Positions 52,998 through 62,586 of a stretch of 64,000 bases of DNA are shown here, piece after piece. A program made the translations under genes and the position numbers. The stretch is from Methanomassiliicoccales archaeon. Its GTDB lineage: Archaea > Thermoplasmatota > Thermoplasmata > Methanomassiliicoccales > UBA472. Below the pieces are notes generated by a model. It saw only the letters and a program-made list of their open reading frames with translations. It ran no database searches and had not been told where the DNA came from. The stretch is from contig JAVBWG010000011.1 in assembly GCA_036677555.1 (NCBI GenBank), forward strand, positions 175,716-239,715, read 5' to 3'. The number at the start of each line of letters is the position of its first letter. Positions within the stretch are counted from its first letter, which is position 1.

Positions 52998-54085
52998 TCC
53001 ACCTTCAGCTCGTTCTCCAGGCCGTTCGGGGGCATCGGGAAGACTGTTCCTTTGGATTCCTCCCAGTAGATGTCCACCACGTCCCCGGGAGAGATCTTAC
53101 CCTTGCGCCATGACGGGACCTTGGAGGAGATCCTCTGCCCGTTGTCCATCATAAGGTCCACATGCAGGTTGCGGCCCTCGAATATTATACGCTCCACCTT
53201 AGCCTTCAGATAACCCTTCCTCTCCTTCGAGATGTCGGTGTTGCCTATCTTCACGCCGAGCACGGCGGTCGCTCCCGCCGGCAGTTCGGACGGCCGTCCC
53301 TTGAGCACGATCCCCTCCGGCGTCCGCAGCAGCGTGTAGGGACTGGATTGCAGGACGATCCCGGTGAAGAAGTTGGATTGGCCGACGAAATTGGCCACGA
53401 AGGGCGTGGCCGGTTCGTCCCACACCTCCTTCGGCGTCCCTATCTGCAATATCCGTCCGTCCCGGATCACCGCCACCCGGTCGGCCATGACCAAAGCCTC
53501 ATCCTGATCGTGGGTGACGTGTATGGCGGTCATCTTGAGTGTCTTGACGAGCGAACGGAGCTCGGTGCGCAGCGAGATGCGCAGCCTGGCGTCCAAGGCC
53601 CTCAGCGGTTCATCCAGAAGAAGCAGATCCGCCCCGGAGGCCAGGGCCCTGGCTAATGCCGTCCGCTGCTGCATCCCCCCGCTGAGCTCCCGGGGATAGG
53701 CATCGGAACGTCCTGAAAGACGTACAAGGTCCAGCATGCTGATGAGCACCTGCTCCTTCAGCTTCTCGTCCGCCCCCCGGATGTCCAGGCCGAACATTAT
53801 GTTCTCCTCCACGGTCAGCTGCGGGAACAGCGCATAGGTCTGGGAGAGCAGGGCGGCTTTGCGGTCCTCTATTTCCCTCTTGGTGCAGTCCTTTCCGTTG
53901 AAGAATATCTTGCCCTTGTCCGGGGCCAGCAGACCGGATATCATGCGCAGGAGGGTGGTCTTGCCCGCTCCTGTCGGACCAAGTACGCACAGGTATTCAC
54001 CATCCTTCACCTCCAGGTCAAGTCCGTCGGCGGCCTTGATGTCCCCATAGGACTTCTTTAGACCGACAAGCTTCACGTCCGGCAT
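52994..54085 (-). CDS. ABC transporter ATP-binding protein (second ATPase gene)
   Basis: 363 aa from the ATG at 54085 (TGATG overlap with the permease stop). GPTGAGKTT, LSGGMQQR, LLLLDEP, VTHDQ. Confidence 0.85.
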   Translation of the reverse strand: MPDVKLVGLKKSYGDIKAADGLDLEVKDGEYLCVLGPTGAGKTTLLRMISGLLAPDKGKIFFNGKDCTKREIEDRKAALLSQTYALFPQLTVEENIMFGLDIRGADEKLKEQVLISMLDLVRLSGRSDAYPRELSGGMQQRTALARALASGADLLLLDEPLRALDARLRISLRTELRSLVKTLKMTAIHVTHDQDEALVMADRVAVIRDGRILQIGTPKEVWDEPATPFVANFVGQSNFFTGIVLQSSPYTLLRTPEGIVLKGRPSELPAGATAVLGVKIGNTDISKERKGYLKAKVERIIFEGRNLHVDLMMDNGQRISSKVPSWRKGKISPGDVVDIYWEESKGTVFPMPPNGLENELKVE

Positions 54086-55731
54086 CAGTGGGACCTCCGG
54101 TTGGTTATGTAGCGGAGGGCCAGCATGAACATGAAGGACACGATTATAAGGACGATGCATGCCAGACCAGCGGTGTAGTAGCCGGAAGCGGTCTGCAGTC
54201 TGATCAGGTCGACGATGTACACCGGAGCGGTCTTGGCGCTTGCCACCACTGCCTGAGTGGCGCCGGTCTCACCCAGGCTGCGGGTGAAGGCCATTATGGC
54301 GCCGGCCAGTATCGAGCTCTTTATCATGGGGTACAGCACCCTGCGGAACGCTTGGACCGGCTTTGCGCCAAGCGTCCGGGCCGTTTCCTCGAATGCAGGG
54401 TCCACCTCCTCCACCGCCCCGGCCACGTTGCGCACGACAAGGGGATAGGTGAAGGCCACGTGGGCCAATATGATGAGCAGCACATCGTATGTTGGAATGA
54501 GGTTCTGTCCGGTCCAGAAGACGCCCAGCGAATAACCGAGGGCGGCGGTGGGGACGATCAGCGGCACATTGACCAGAACGTCAAGCACCTCCGGCAGCTT
54601 GCCAGTGCGGTTCTTGGCGATGTATAGCGCCAGGGGAACGCCCAGCGCAATATCGATGACCGTGACCACCCCGGCCACCAGGAAGGAGAACAGAAGGCTC
54701 TCCATGAACGGGCCCCAATCGAACGATGACGGCTCGACGGAGACCACGTAGGTAAAGATGAAGAAAGATGGAATGAGAACGAACAGTGCCAGGAAGAACA
54801 CTGCAAAGCCATCCTTGACCTTGGGGAACCAGCCGCGGGAGAACAGCCTCTCCGGGCGCGGCCATATCTTACCCATGGGCAGATGCACCTTCATGATGAC
54901 CAGCTTGATCACCACCAGCAATACCAGGGACAGCAATATCAATAGAATGCTTACGAACGCCAGGGGGGCGGCCAGGTCCGGATTGAGATCCAGGTCGTGC
55001 TTCCAATCGCCGATCAGCGTGGGACCGGTGGCGAAGTTACCAGGATTGGCCATGGTGGCCAATGCGATCATGGTGCCGCCCGTCTCGCTCAGGCTCCTGG
55101 CGAAGCAGAGGATTATGCCGGTCACCAGGCCGGCCCGGAACAGCGGAAGGGTGATGGTCCTGGCGGCGGACAGGGCGCTTGCCCCCAGCGTCCTACCGGC
55201 CGTCTCATAGGTCTGGTCGATCTGGACCAGGATCGCCGAGAGCGAGCGGACCATGTACGGATATGAGAACACCACGTGCAGCAGTATTATCAGAAGGAAG
55301 GGAGAACTGACAGAGTTCAAGGCGAACGAGGGGGCCTGCAAGGTCTCCGGGGTTATGGCGAAGAAGATGGCGCTGGAGAAACCCAGTGCGGCGGTGGGCA
55401 CCGCCAGAGGCATGTCGATGAGCGTGTCCAGCAGCGCCTTTCCGCGGAACTCCTTGCGCACCAGTATCCAGGCCATTGGCAGTCCGACCAGGATATCGAT
55501 GACGGTCACTATCCCGGCTATCTGGAACGACGCGCTGATGGAGCTCAGGATGAGGTCCATCATATCTGGGTCGTTCAGCACGAACTGCTCGATCGAACCC
55601 CAGTTGGTGAACGCATAGCTGAGGATGTATACCGTGGGAAGTATGACGAATAGCAGGAAGAATACGATGATGAAGGCGGTCCAGCCGGTACGGAACCTCT
55701 TCCGGCTGATCGCCGTTATCAGGGAATCCAT
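54085..55731 (-). CDS. ABC transporter permease, fused two-domain type (12 TM; Fe(III)/thiamine/sulfate-type importer family)
   Basis: 548 aa with two MetI-like halves, each carrying an EAA-type loop (SLSETGGTMIAL and SLGETGATQAVV). Confidence 0.8.
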   Translation of the reverse strand: MDSLITAISRKRFRTGWTAFIIVFFLLFVILPTVYILSYAFTNWGSIEQFVLNDPDMMDLILSSISASFQIAGIVTVIDILVGLPMAWILVRKEFRGKALLDTLIDMPLAVPTAALGFSSAIFFAITPETLQAPSFALNSVSSPFLLIILLHVVFSYPYMVRSLSAILVQIDQTYETAGRTLGASALSAARTITLPLFRAGLVTGIILCFARSLSETGGTMIALATMANPGNFATGPTLIGDWKHDLDLNPDLAAPLAFVSILLILLSLVLLVVIKLVIMKVHLPMGKIWPRPERLFSRGWFPKVKDGFAVFFLALFVLIPSFFIFTYVVSVEPSSFDWGPFMESLLFSFLVAGVVTVIDIALGVPLALYIAKNRTGKLPEVLDVLVNVPLIVPTAALGYSLGVFWTGQNLIPTYDVLLIILAHVAFTYPLVVRNVAGAVEEVDPAFEETARTLGAKPVQAFRRVLYPMIKSSILAGAIMAFTRSLGETGATQAVVASAKTAPVYIVDLIRLQTASGYYTAGLACIVLIIVSFMFMLALRYITNRRSH

Positions 55732-55809
55732 TTTGCTTCCTGCCAGACATTCACCCCGGGGCTGTTTGGAGAAAAGTGTGATGGGATATATACCTAGTGC
55801 AAGGGGCCA

Positions 55810-56775
55810 TTACGACGGATGATGGGAAGCCAGGACCCTTCCCTGGACCGACTCGCCGTCGCCGACCTCGGTGCCGGGGCCGATCAGGCAGTCCCTGATG
55901 ATGCACCCCTCGCCTATCTTGACGCCCTCCATGAGCACCGACCGCTCCACAAAGGATCCTTTCCCGACCGAGGATCCGGGAAGGGCGCATACATAGGGAC
56001 CGATGACGCATCCACGCAGGTCTGCCCGGTCCAGATAGTTGAGGCCGACAATCCTTGCCCCCTCCTTGATGGCCCGGTCCAGGCCCCGCCCGTGCCCCAG
56101 AAGCTCGGACTGCGCCCGTAGATAGCTCTCCGGGGTGCCGCAGTCCACCCAATAGCCCTGGAACCGGTGGCCGTGCAGCCCCTTGTCCAAGATGTTGGGG
56201 AAGACCTGCCTCTCGAGGGAGACCACCCCGGACGGGATGTGGTCCAGCAGTTCCGGCTGGAACACGTATACGCCGGCGTTGATGAGGTCGGAGATTGCCG
56301 TGCCGGGGGCGGGCTTCTCCTGGAAATCGACTATCCTGTCGCCGTCCAGGCCGACCACGCCGAAGGCCGATGGGTCCGGGACCTGCCAGAGAGACAGCGT
56401 CCCTATGCCCCCGTGCTTTCTGTGGAAGTCGAGCAGGTCGTGCAGGTCAAGCGAGCTGATGATATCCCCGTTGAAACAGAAGAAGGCGTCATCCAGATGC
56501 TTTCCCACGTTGCGTATGGCCCCGCCGGTGCCCAGCGGTTCCTCCTCGTTCACCAGGATGACGCTGCGCCCGCAGTCGTGTTCGCGGAAGAAGGACTCCA
56601 GCCGGTCCTTCATATAGCTGACCGCCAGGATGACGGTGTCGACCTCCTTAGGAAGAGAGTCGATTATATGCATGACCATCGGGCGGTCCAGAAGGGGAAG
56701 CAACGGTTTGGGCGTGGAGAAGGTCAAAGGTCTCAGCCGGGTGCCCATGCCCCCGGCCAGGATCAGCGCTTTCAT
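55810..56775 (-). CDS. Sugar-1-phosphate nucleotidylyltransferase with a C-terminal beta-helix domain
   Basis: 321 aa. ALILAGGMGTRLRPLTFSTPKPLLPL G-loop. Confidence 0.8.
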   Translation of the reverse strand: MKALILAGGMGTRLRPLTFSTPKPLLPLLDRPMVMHIIDSLPKEVDTVILAVSYMKDRLESFFREHDCGRSVILVNEEEPLGTGGAIRNVGKHLDDAFFCFNGDIISSLDLHDLLDFHRKHGGIGTLSLWQVPDPSAFGVVGLDGDRIVDFQEKPAPGTAISDLINAGVYVFQPELLDHIPSGVVSLERQVFPNILDKGLHGHRFQGYWVDCGTPESYLRAQSELLGHGRGLDRAIKEGARIVGLNYLDRADLRGCVIGPYVCALPGSSVGKGSFVERSVLMEGVKIGEGCIIRDCLIGPGTEVGDGESVQGRVLASHHPS

Positions 56776-56780
56776 GAAAA

Positions 56781-56996
56781 TTACAGGGGTGCGATGCTGA
56801 CCACGTTGTTACCGCGCAGGATGACCGTGCCAAGGCGGCGGGTCTGGTCCGCGGTGCGCTCCTCGGTCTCTTCCAGCACCATGTTCATGTACTCGTCGTA
56901 ACCGGTGAGCTTGCCTTCCAGGACGCGGTTGTCCTTTAGCAGGAGGGAGACCTTCTTGTTCAGGGTCTTCTCCATGAGCGCGAGGGGCATTACCAT
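56781..56996 (-). CDS. Sm-like archaeal protein (SmAP/LSm)
   Basis: 71 aa from the ATG at 56996. Sm1 is VSLLLKDNRVLEGKLTGYDEYMNMVL and Sm2 is GTVILRGNNVVSI. Confidence 0.85.
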   Translation of the reverse strand: MVMPLALMEKTLNKKVSLLLKDNRVLEGKLTGYDEYMNMVLEETEERTADQTRRLGTVILRGNNVVSIAPL

Positions 56997-57236
56997 TTTA
57001 TCACTCCCGTAGGCATTGAACGGTTGCATTTAAACCTTTTCGCCTGGATTGATCTTTTCAGAGCTTCAGCGCCGATGGCCAGCCATCATTAGCAGGCTCC
57101 CTTCCGCAGCGCACCAGGTCCTCCTGCAGCACCACCCCGGTGAGGTTGACCAGGGACATCGGGTTGGGGCGGAGATGCCAATAGGTGGACATGCTCGGGG
57201 GGATGCGGGTGAGGGACCAGCTGCGCACGGTCTCGC

Positions 57237-57728
57237 TTACTGCTGCTTCTGCTTGGATTCCATCCACTCCTTGATCTCTTCCTTCTTCGTTCCCAGTCCG
57301 AACTTCTCGGAGAACTCGCGGGTGGTGCTCAGCAAAAGGGATTGGCCAACATGTTTGCCGGTCACCAGGCCCATCTGCCTCAGCACCCTCACCCTGTCAT
57401 AGACGCCGGAGCCGAGAAGCTTCGCCAGGTCGCTTTGGAGTATCGGCTGGTTGTAGGCTATGATGGAGGCGGTCTTCAGAACCTCCGGGGACATCTCCAG
57501 GTCCGCGAAGGGCAAGGCGTACTGATTGTAATCCTTGCGCAGCTGGAGCGAGTACCTCTGGCCGATCTTGGCGATCTCGAACGCCGTGCCGCGCTCCTCG
57601 TACTCCTTGTCCAGGCGCCTGATCTCCTTGCGCACCGCCTCCGGACCGATGCCGAGGATGTCCGCTATGTCCGCCGCCCGCAGGGGCTGGGACGCCGCGA
57701 ACAGCACCGCCTCCACCGCCCGCTCCAC
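57237..57728 (-). CDS. scpB: Segregation and condensation protein B
   Basis: 163 aa. AVEAVLFAASQPLRAADIADIL...IRRLDKEYEERGTAFEI is the ScpB wHTH pattern. It lies downstream of scpA and smc. Confidence 0.85.
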   Translation of the reverse strand: MERAVEAVLFAASQPLRAADIADILGIGPEAVRKEIRRLDKEYEERGTAFEIAKIGQRYSLQLRKDYNQYALPFADLEMSPEVLKTASIIAYNQPILQSDLAKLLGSGVYDRVRVLRQMGLVTGKHVGQSLLLSTTREFSEKFGLGTKKEEIKEWMESKQKQQ

Positions 57729-57729
57729 C

Positions 57730-58638
57730 TCACATCACCATCTTAGCCTGGATGGCCATGGCGTCGGCCTGCGTCCCATCCACCAGCTGGGCGATCTCCC
57801 AGGGCAGTTTTATCTCCAGGTATATCTGGCCATAGGGAAGCTCGTCCTGCCACAGCGATATCTTTCCGCTGCGGGCCAGGAACAGCAGTGACACGAACAC
57901 CTTGATCTTGTCCTCCTTGTCGTCCTCGAACAGGTCCTCCAGGGCTATCGGCCCGGAGCCGCAGCGCTCGATGCGCGACCATGTCTCGGCGACATCCTTC
58001 TCCTGGTCATCACTGTGGGATTTGCCGTCGAACTTCTCCTGAGCTTTGAGCAGCTGATCGCGAACCCGCTGCCGGTTGAGCGCTATCTCCACCTCCTGCT
58101 GGGCGGTGTCGAACGCATCCAGAAGGTCCACGAGCGAGACGGGGCGGGTGCAGCGGTGGCGCACGACCTCCGTGAGCTCCACGCACTCCGGCACCTCCAG
58201 GTCTATCGCCGGCAGCGGGCGCTCCACGAACTGGTCGAACGATTCCGTGTCCCATTCCCCGAAGTACAGCTCCTCCCTCCTCTCGTTCAGGGAGAGCACC
58301 TCCCGGGACTGCATGTGCAGGATGCTCCAGGCCATGTGCATGAGCTTCCCGGCCACGATGAAATCGACCTCCTCGGTATGCATGCGCTGCCCGTACAGCT
58401 TGGCGAACTTCATGAGGTCCACGTCCCAGGGGTCCAGATCGTTGCTCAGCACCAGCTCGAACACCAGCTGCAGGGAGCGGTCCAGCGGTTCGCGTCCGGC
58501 GATCTGCTTCTCCTCCTCGGCGGAGCGCAGCAGCCCCAGGTAGCGGTCGATCTTCTCCGCCCCTCGTCCCTCATCGATCAATGCCTTGTGGAACATGAGG
58601 TGTCCCAGCACGTTGTCCAAGCTCGCAGACTCGATCAT
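57730..58638 (-). CDS. scpA: Segregation and condensation protein A (kleisin)
   Basis: 302 aa. Its start overlaps the smc stop by 4 nt. An N-terminal helical region and a C-terminal winged-helix segment (VFVSLLFLARSGKISLWQDE) are typical of ScpA. Confidence 0.8.
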   Translation of the reverse strand: MIESASLDNVLGHLMFHKALIDEGRGAEKIDRYLGLLRSAEEEKQIAGREPLDRSLQLVFELVLSNDLDPWDVDLMKFAKLYGQRMHTEEVDFIVAGKLMHMAWSILHMQSREVLSLNERREELYFGEWDTESFDQFVERPLPAIDLEVPECVELTEVVRHRCTRPVSLVDLLDAFDTAQQEVEIALNRQRVRDQLLKAQEKFDGKSHSDDQEKDVAETWSRIERCGSGPIALEDLFEDDKEDKIKVFVSLLFLARSGKISLWQDELPYGQIYLEIKLPWEIAQLVDGTQADAMAIQAKMVM

Positions 58639-61600
58639 TCCCCATCCCTCCTGGCCTTTTCCTCAGGCAGGCCGATCTCCTTCTCCAGCTCGCTGAAGTC
58701 GCCGATGTTCGGCTTGAATATGACATTGGATATGCCCCCCGCCGGCTTCGTCACACCGATTATGTGGTCGGCCTTGTTCAGGGTGACCTTTCTCAAGGAT
58801 ATCTGGACGAACTGCGCGGTGCCACTGCTCTTCTTCACGCGGTTGGCCACCATCTCGGCGTTCACCGCGTCCAGGAACATGTCGACCTCGTCCAGCAGAT
58901 AGAAGGGGGAAGGCTGCCACTCCTGAAGGGCGAAGATGAACGCCAGCGCGGTCAAGGACTTCTCCCCCCCGCTCAGGGCCTCCAGCCTGAGCACCTTGCC
59001 ATTGCGCGGCCTGGCCTTTATCACCAGTCCGCCAAGGAACGGTTCCTGCGGGTTTTCCAGCAGCAGCTCGGCCTCCCCGCCTCCGGACAGCTCAGCATAT
59101 ACACGGCGGAAGTTGGCGTTGACCGCATCGAACACCTTGACCAGGTTCACCTTCTTCCTCTCGTTCAGCTGGTCGGTGAGGGCGACCAGCTGGTCCCGCT
59201 GGTCCTCCAGCCTCTTGGTCTCGGCCCTCAGCTCGACGTGCCGGGCCTTCTTCTCATCGTAATCCTCGATGGAACGCAGGTTCACAGCGCCCATGCCGCT
59301 GAGGGCGTTCTCGCACAGCACGATCTCGGAACGGATGTCATCCAGGGGCGGCAGGGGATAGCTGACCGCCAGGTTGTGCTGTGCAATCTCCTGCATGATC
59401 TCCTTCAGCTTCTCCTCGGCCAGTGTCCTCTTGGCCCCCAGACCGATAAGGAAGTCGTTGGACGTCTCCAGCTTGACCAGAACCTTTTCGCGGTCAGCTT
59501 GAGCATGACCCTTCTGACCGAGCAGCCTCTCCTTCTCGTCCCTGAGGGCGGTGATCTCCTTGCCCATCGAATCCTCGATCTTCTTCAGTGCGGAAAGCTC
59601 GACCTTCAGCTTGCCCTCCCTCTCCGCGGCGGCCTTGCCCTGTGCATCCAGCTGGCGCAGCTTCTCCTGCTGCTGCCCTTCCGTCGCTGACATCTCGCCC
59701 AGACGCCTCTCGCGTTCCGCGGACTGCAGCCGCATGGCCTCGTGCGCCGAGCGCTTCTCGGACAGTTCCTGAGATGCCTGTACGACTGCCGATTGAACCT
59801 CCCTCAGCTTTTGCGAGAGTTCGGCCGGTGCTATCTCAAGGAGACGCTTGGAGTTGTTCTCCCGCTCCGCCCTCATCCTGATGAGATCCGCATCCAGCTT
59901 GGTGATCTGCAACCCCAGCTCCGCCCCTTGGGACAGCGCTTTCTCCCGCTCGGCCTGTTTTGCCACTGCGGAATCGGTCACCCTCTTCAGCCTGGCCTTC
60001 TGCTCCGCCAGCTGCTTCTGCAAACCTTCCAGCTCGATTCCCTTCCCGCGGTCGGCCCCGCCGATCTCCCGGATCCGGGTGTCCAGCTCGCTGATCTCCT
60101 GGCGAATGCCCATGAGCTCCGATGATACCTTGTCCGCCTGCTCGGTCGCTTTGCGCAGCTCCTCAGCGATCTCGTCCGCCTTGCCCTTCCCGGCTCCGAA
60201 GCGGACCTTGCTTCCCTCGACAGTACCGCCGACCATGGCCCCGGAGGCCTCGATGAGCTCGCCGCCCACGGTGACCAGGCGAACGCCGCCCATCAGCCTT
60301 CTGGCCTCTTGAAGGGTGTCCACGACGACCGTGTCCCCGAACACGTACCAGAAGGCTGAACGGTACTTATCGTCAAAACTGATGAGATCGATGGCGAAAC
60401 CCGCCGCCTCCTTCTCGGCCAACAGCGCCTTGCCGCGAGGCCGGCCGTCCAGCATCTTATTGAGCGGTAGGAACGTGGCCCGTCCGAGGTCGCCCCTCTT
60501 GAGATAGCTGATAGCATCGGAAGCGACCTGGTCATCATCGACGACTATGGACTGCATGCGGCCGCCGGCTGCGACGTTCAGGGCCACCTCGTACTTGGGA
60601 TCGACGTCCGCCAACTCCGCGATGGTTCCGTGTATGCCCTTCATCTCCCCGCGGTCCCTGGCCTCCAGGAGCGCTTTGACCGCCCTGTTGTAGCCGCGGG
60701 CGACGTTCACTGCCGCCTCCTCCTCGGCCTTCAGGTGGTTGTATTCCCGGGTAAGGTTGCGCACCGCCTGCTCCAGCTCGTTGGCCATCTTGGTCAACTG
60801 GGCCTCGCGGTTCTTCTTAAGATGGAACTGTTCCTGCAGGGTCTTCATGGAGCCGCTGGAGTCCTTGCCCTCCTTGCCCAGCTCCTTCACCCGCCAGTCC
60901 AGGTCCTTGACCTCGAACTCGGCGGACTCCTTGTCCTGACGCAGGCCCTCGATCTCGGCCAGGAGGTCCTGGGCCAGGCGTTCCAGCCTCTCCCTCTCCA
61001 GACCCTTGGCGTGAAGCGCCTCGGCCCTCTCCCGGATGATCTGGTCCTGCTCCTTGATCTTCTTCTCCAGAACGGAAAGCTCGCTGTCGTAGGAACTCAG
61101 CTCGCCCTTCAGCTTGGCCTCGTCCTTCTGCAGTTTCCTGACCTTTTCCTCGAGGATCTTGAGCTCGTTCCCAGCGGCGGTCAGGGCGGACTCCTGGGCC
61201 AGCTTGGTCCGCAGAATCTCCTCCCTCTCCTCCAGCAAGGTCTTGAGCTCCTCCTTCATCTCGGCCATCTGATCGGAGGAACGCTCCTTGAGATCGGCGG
61301 CCCTGGCCACTTCGATCCGAAGCCCATCCATCCGCTCCTTGAGCTCCTGGAACTCCGCCCCGCCCTTGGCCTGCAGCTCGGCCTCCTTCTTCTGGTACAG
61401 CTCCTCGATCGAACGGATCTGCGCCTCCAGTTCGCTCCGGCGTACTTTGAGCGCATCGATGTCCTTTGAGTAGGAGGCGATCTGCTCCCCTATCCCCTTT
61501 ATCTCGGCCTCGGTGCCCTCCTTGCGCTTATGGGCCATGCGTGCCTTCGCCAGAGCAAGCCGGTCCCTCATCTCCAGATACTTGAGGGCGGCGCCCCGTT

Positions 61601-62237
61601 CCTGCTCCAGCTGGCGGATCTGCTTGTCCAGTTCCCCCAGTATTATGGCGATGCGGTCAATGTTGTCCTGAGCGGATGTCTTCTCCACCTCTGCCTTCAC
61701 GATCTCCTCGTCGAACTTGGCGATGCCGGAGATCTCATCCAGCACCCGGCGGCGCTCCAAGGTGGACATCTCCACGATCCTGGTGACATCCCCCTGCTGG
61801 ACCAGGTTGTAGCCGTCAGCGCTTATCCGGGCGCTAGCCAGCAGATAATCGAACTCGGAAAGTGTGGACTTGCGGTCATTGACATAGAAATAGGAGTTGT
61901 ATCCCTCGCCGGAATCGGAGAGCTTGACGTACCTGGTCAGCTTCACGATGTCCTCGTCGAGAGGTATGGTCCGGTCGGCGTTGTCGAACACCAGCGAGAC
62001 CCGGGTGTGGTTGGCCGGGGATTTGGCGTTCCCGCCGTTGAAGATTAGGTCGGTGAGCTTACCGGCCCGGATGGCCTTGGAGCTTTTCGGACCCAGGACG
62101 AAAAGGATGGCGTCGGATATGTTTGATTTTCCAGACCCGTTGGGCCCGGTGACGGCAGTGAACCCGCTGAGCATAGGTATGGTCAGCTTCTTGCCGAAGG
62201 ACTTGAAGTTCTCCACTTCTATCTGCTTGAGGTACAT
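58635..62237 (-). CDS. smc: SMC chromosome condensation/segregation ATPase
   Basis: 1200 aa. N-terminal Walker A FTAVTGPNGSGKSN, long coiled coils, hinge (GIHGTIAELADVDPKYEVALNVAAGGRMQSIVVDD), C-terminal signature LSGGEKSLTALAFIFAL and Walker B FYLLDEVD. Confidence 0.95.
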   Translation of the reverse strand: MYLKQIEVENFKSFGKKLTIPMLSGFTAVTGPNGSGKSNISDAILFVLGPKSSKAIRAGKLTDLIFNGGNAKSPANHTRVSLVFDNADRTIPLDEDIVKLTRYVKLSDSGEGYNSYFYVNDRKSTLSEFDYLLASARISADGYNLVQQGDVTRIVEMSTLERRRVLDEISGIAKFDEEIVKAEVEKTSAQDNIDRIAIILGELDKQIRQLEQERGAALKYLEMRDRLALAKARMAHKRKEGTEAEIKGIGEQIASYSKDIDALKVRRSELEAQIRSIEELYQKKEAELQAKGGAEFQELKERMDGLRIEVARAADLKERSSDQMAEMKEELKTLLEEREEILRTKLAQESALTAAGNELKILEEKVRKLQKDEAKLKGELSSYDSELSVLEKKIKEQDQIIRERAEALHAKGLERERLERLAQDLLAEIEGLRQDKESAEFEVKDLDWRVKELGKEGKDSSGSMKTLQEQFHLKKNREAQLTKMANELEQAVRNLTREYNHLKAEEEAAVNVARGYNRAVKALLEARDRGEMKGIHGTIAELADVDPKYEVALNVAAGGRMQSIVVDDDQVASDAISYLKRGDLGRATFLPLNKMLDGRPRGKALLAEKEAAGFAIDLISFDDKYRSAFWYVFGDTVVVDTLQEARRLMGGVRLVTVGGELIEASGAMVGGTVEGSKVRFGAGKGKADEIAEELRKATEQADKVSSELMGIRQEISELDTRIREIGGADRGKGIELEGLQKQLAEQKARLKRVTDSAVAKQAEREKALSQGAELGLQITKLDADLIRMRAERENNSKRLLEIAPAELSQKLREVQSAVVQASQELSEKRSAHEAMRLQSAERERRLGEMSATEGQQQEKLRQLDAQGKAAAEREGKLKVELSALKKIEDSMGKEITALRDEKERLLGQKGHAQADREKVLVKLETSNDFLIGLGAKRTLAEEKLKEIMQEIAQHNLAVSYPLPPLDDIRSEIVLCENALSGMGAVNLRSIEDYDEKKARHVELRAETKRLEDQRDQLVALTDQLNERKKVNLVKVFDAVNANFRRVYAELSGGGEAELLLENPQEPFLGGLVIKARPRNGKVLRLEALSGGEKSLTALAFIFALQEWQPSPFYLLDEVDMFLDAVNAEMVANRVKKSSGTAQFVQISLRKVTLNKADHIIGVTKPAGGISNVIFKPNIGDFSELEKEIGLPEEKARRDGE

Positions 62238-62305
62238 GCGAAACTACCTGAGGGTGCGAAGGTGCTCTATCCCACTCGCCTTCGCTCGAGTGCATCCCAT
62301 CCCGA

Positions 62306-62321
62306 GTCCGACAGCTGTCGG
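62306..62321. promoter_or_regulatory. Perfect 16-bp palindrome in the smc / glycosyltransferase divergent intergenic region
   Basis: TCCGACAGCTGTCGGA. A related core, AACAGCTGTC, recurs at 62425..62434. It abuts an AT-rich TATA-like stretch (62322..62380). Function not established. Confidence 0.3.
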
Positions 62322-62586
62322 ACATATTATGTATATTATGCTGCGTATATATAATTTATGACCTGAGATTTAATATCCAGAGTGAAGGAATACCAGACGA
62401 TGGGGACAGGTCCCCGACAGGCCGAACAGCTGTCCGTTAAGTGCCTTTGATGATGCCAGAGATTTTTGGGTAAGTCCTCGGTCAGCATGTGACATTGTGT
62501 CTGACACAGCAACATCGGCATCTCTGCTGAGCGACCGATCTGGTCTCGCAAGGAGCTTTTATACGTGCGATGCGGATAAAGGGGCG

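Noticed and set aside
57030-57236. A 200-bp gap between scpB and the Sm gene contains a 69-aa ORF (57058..57267) and ATGATGG...CTGA...CTGA strings.
   Set aside because: The ORF overlaps the scpB 3' end and has no motif. The box-like strings do not fit C/D architecture: the C box is imperfect and there is no C'. The gap may hold the Sm promoter or a gene remnant, but nothing can be supported.
62448-62504. Possible C/D box sRNA: TGATGA at 62448 and CTGA at 62501.
   Set aside because: No recognisable internal D'/C' boxes. The 47-nt spacing is longer than in typical archaeal C/D sRNAs. There is no terminal stem, and the C box lacks the preceding purine. It also overlaps a possible GTG start of the glycosyltransferase ORF.
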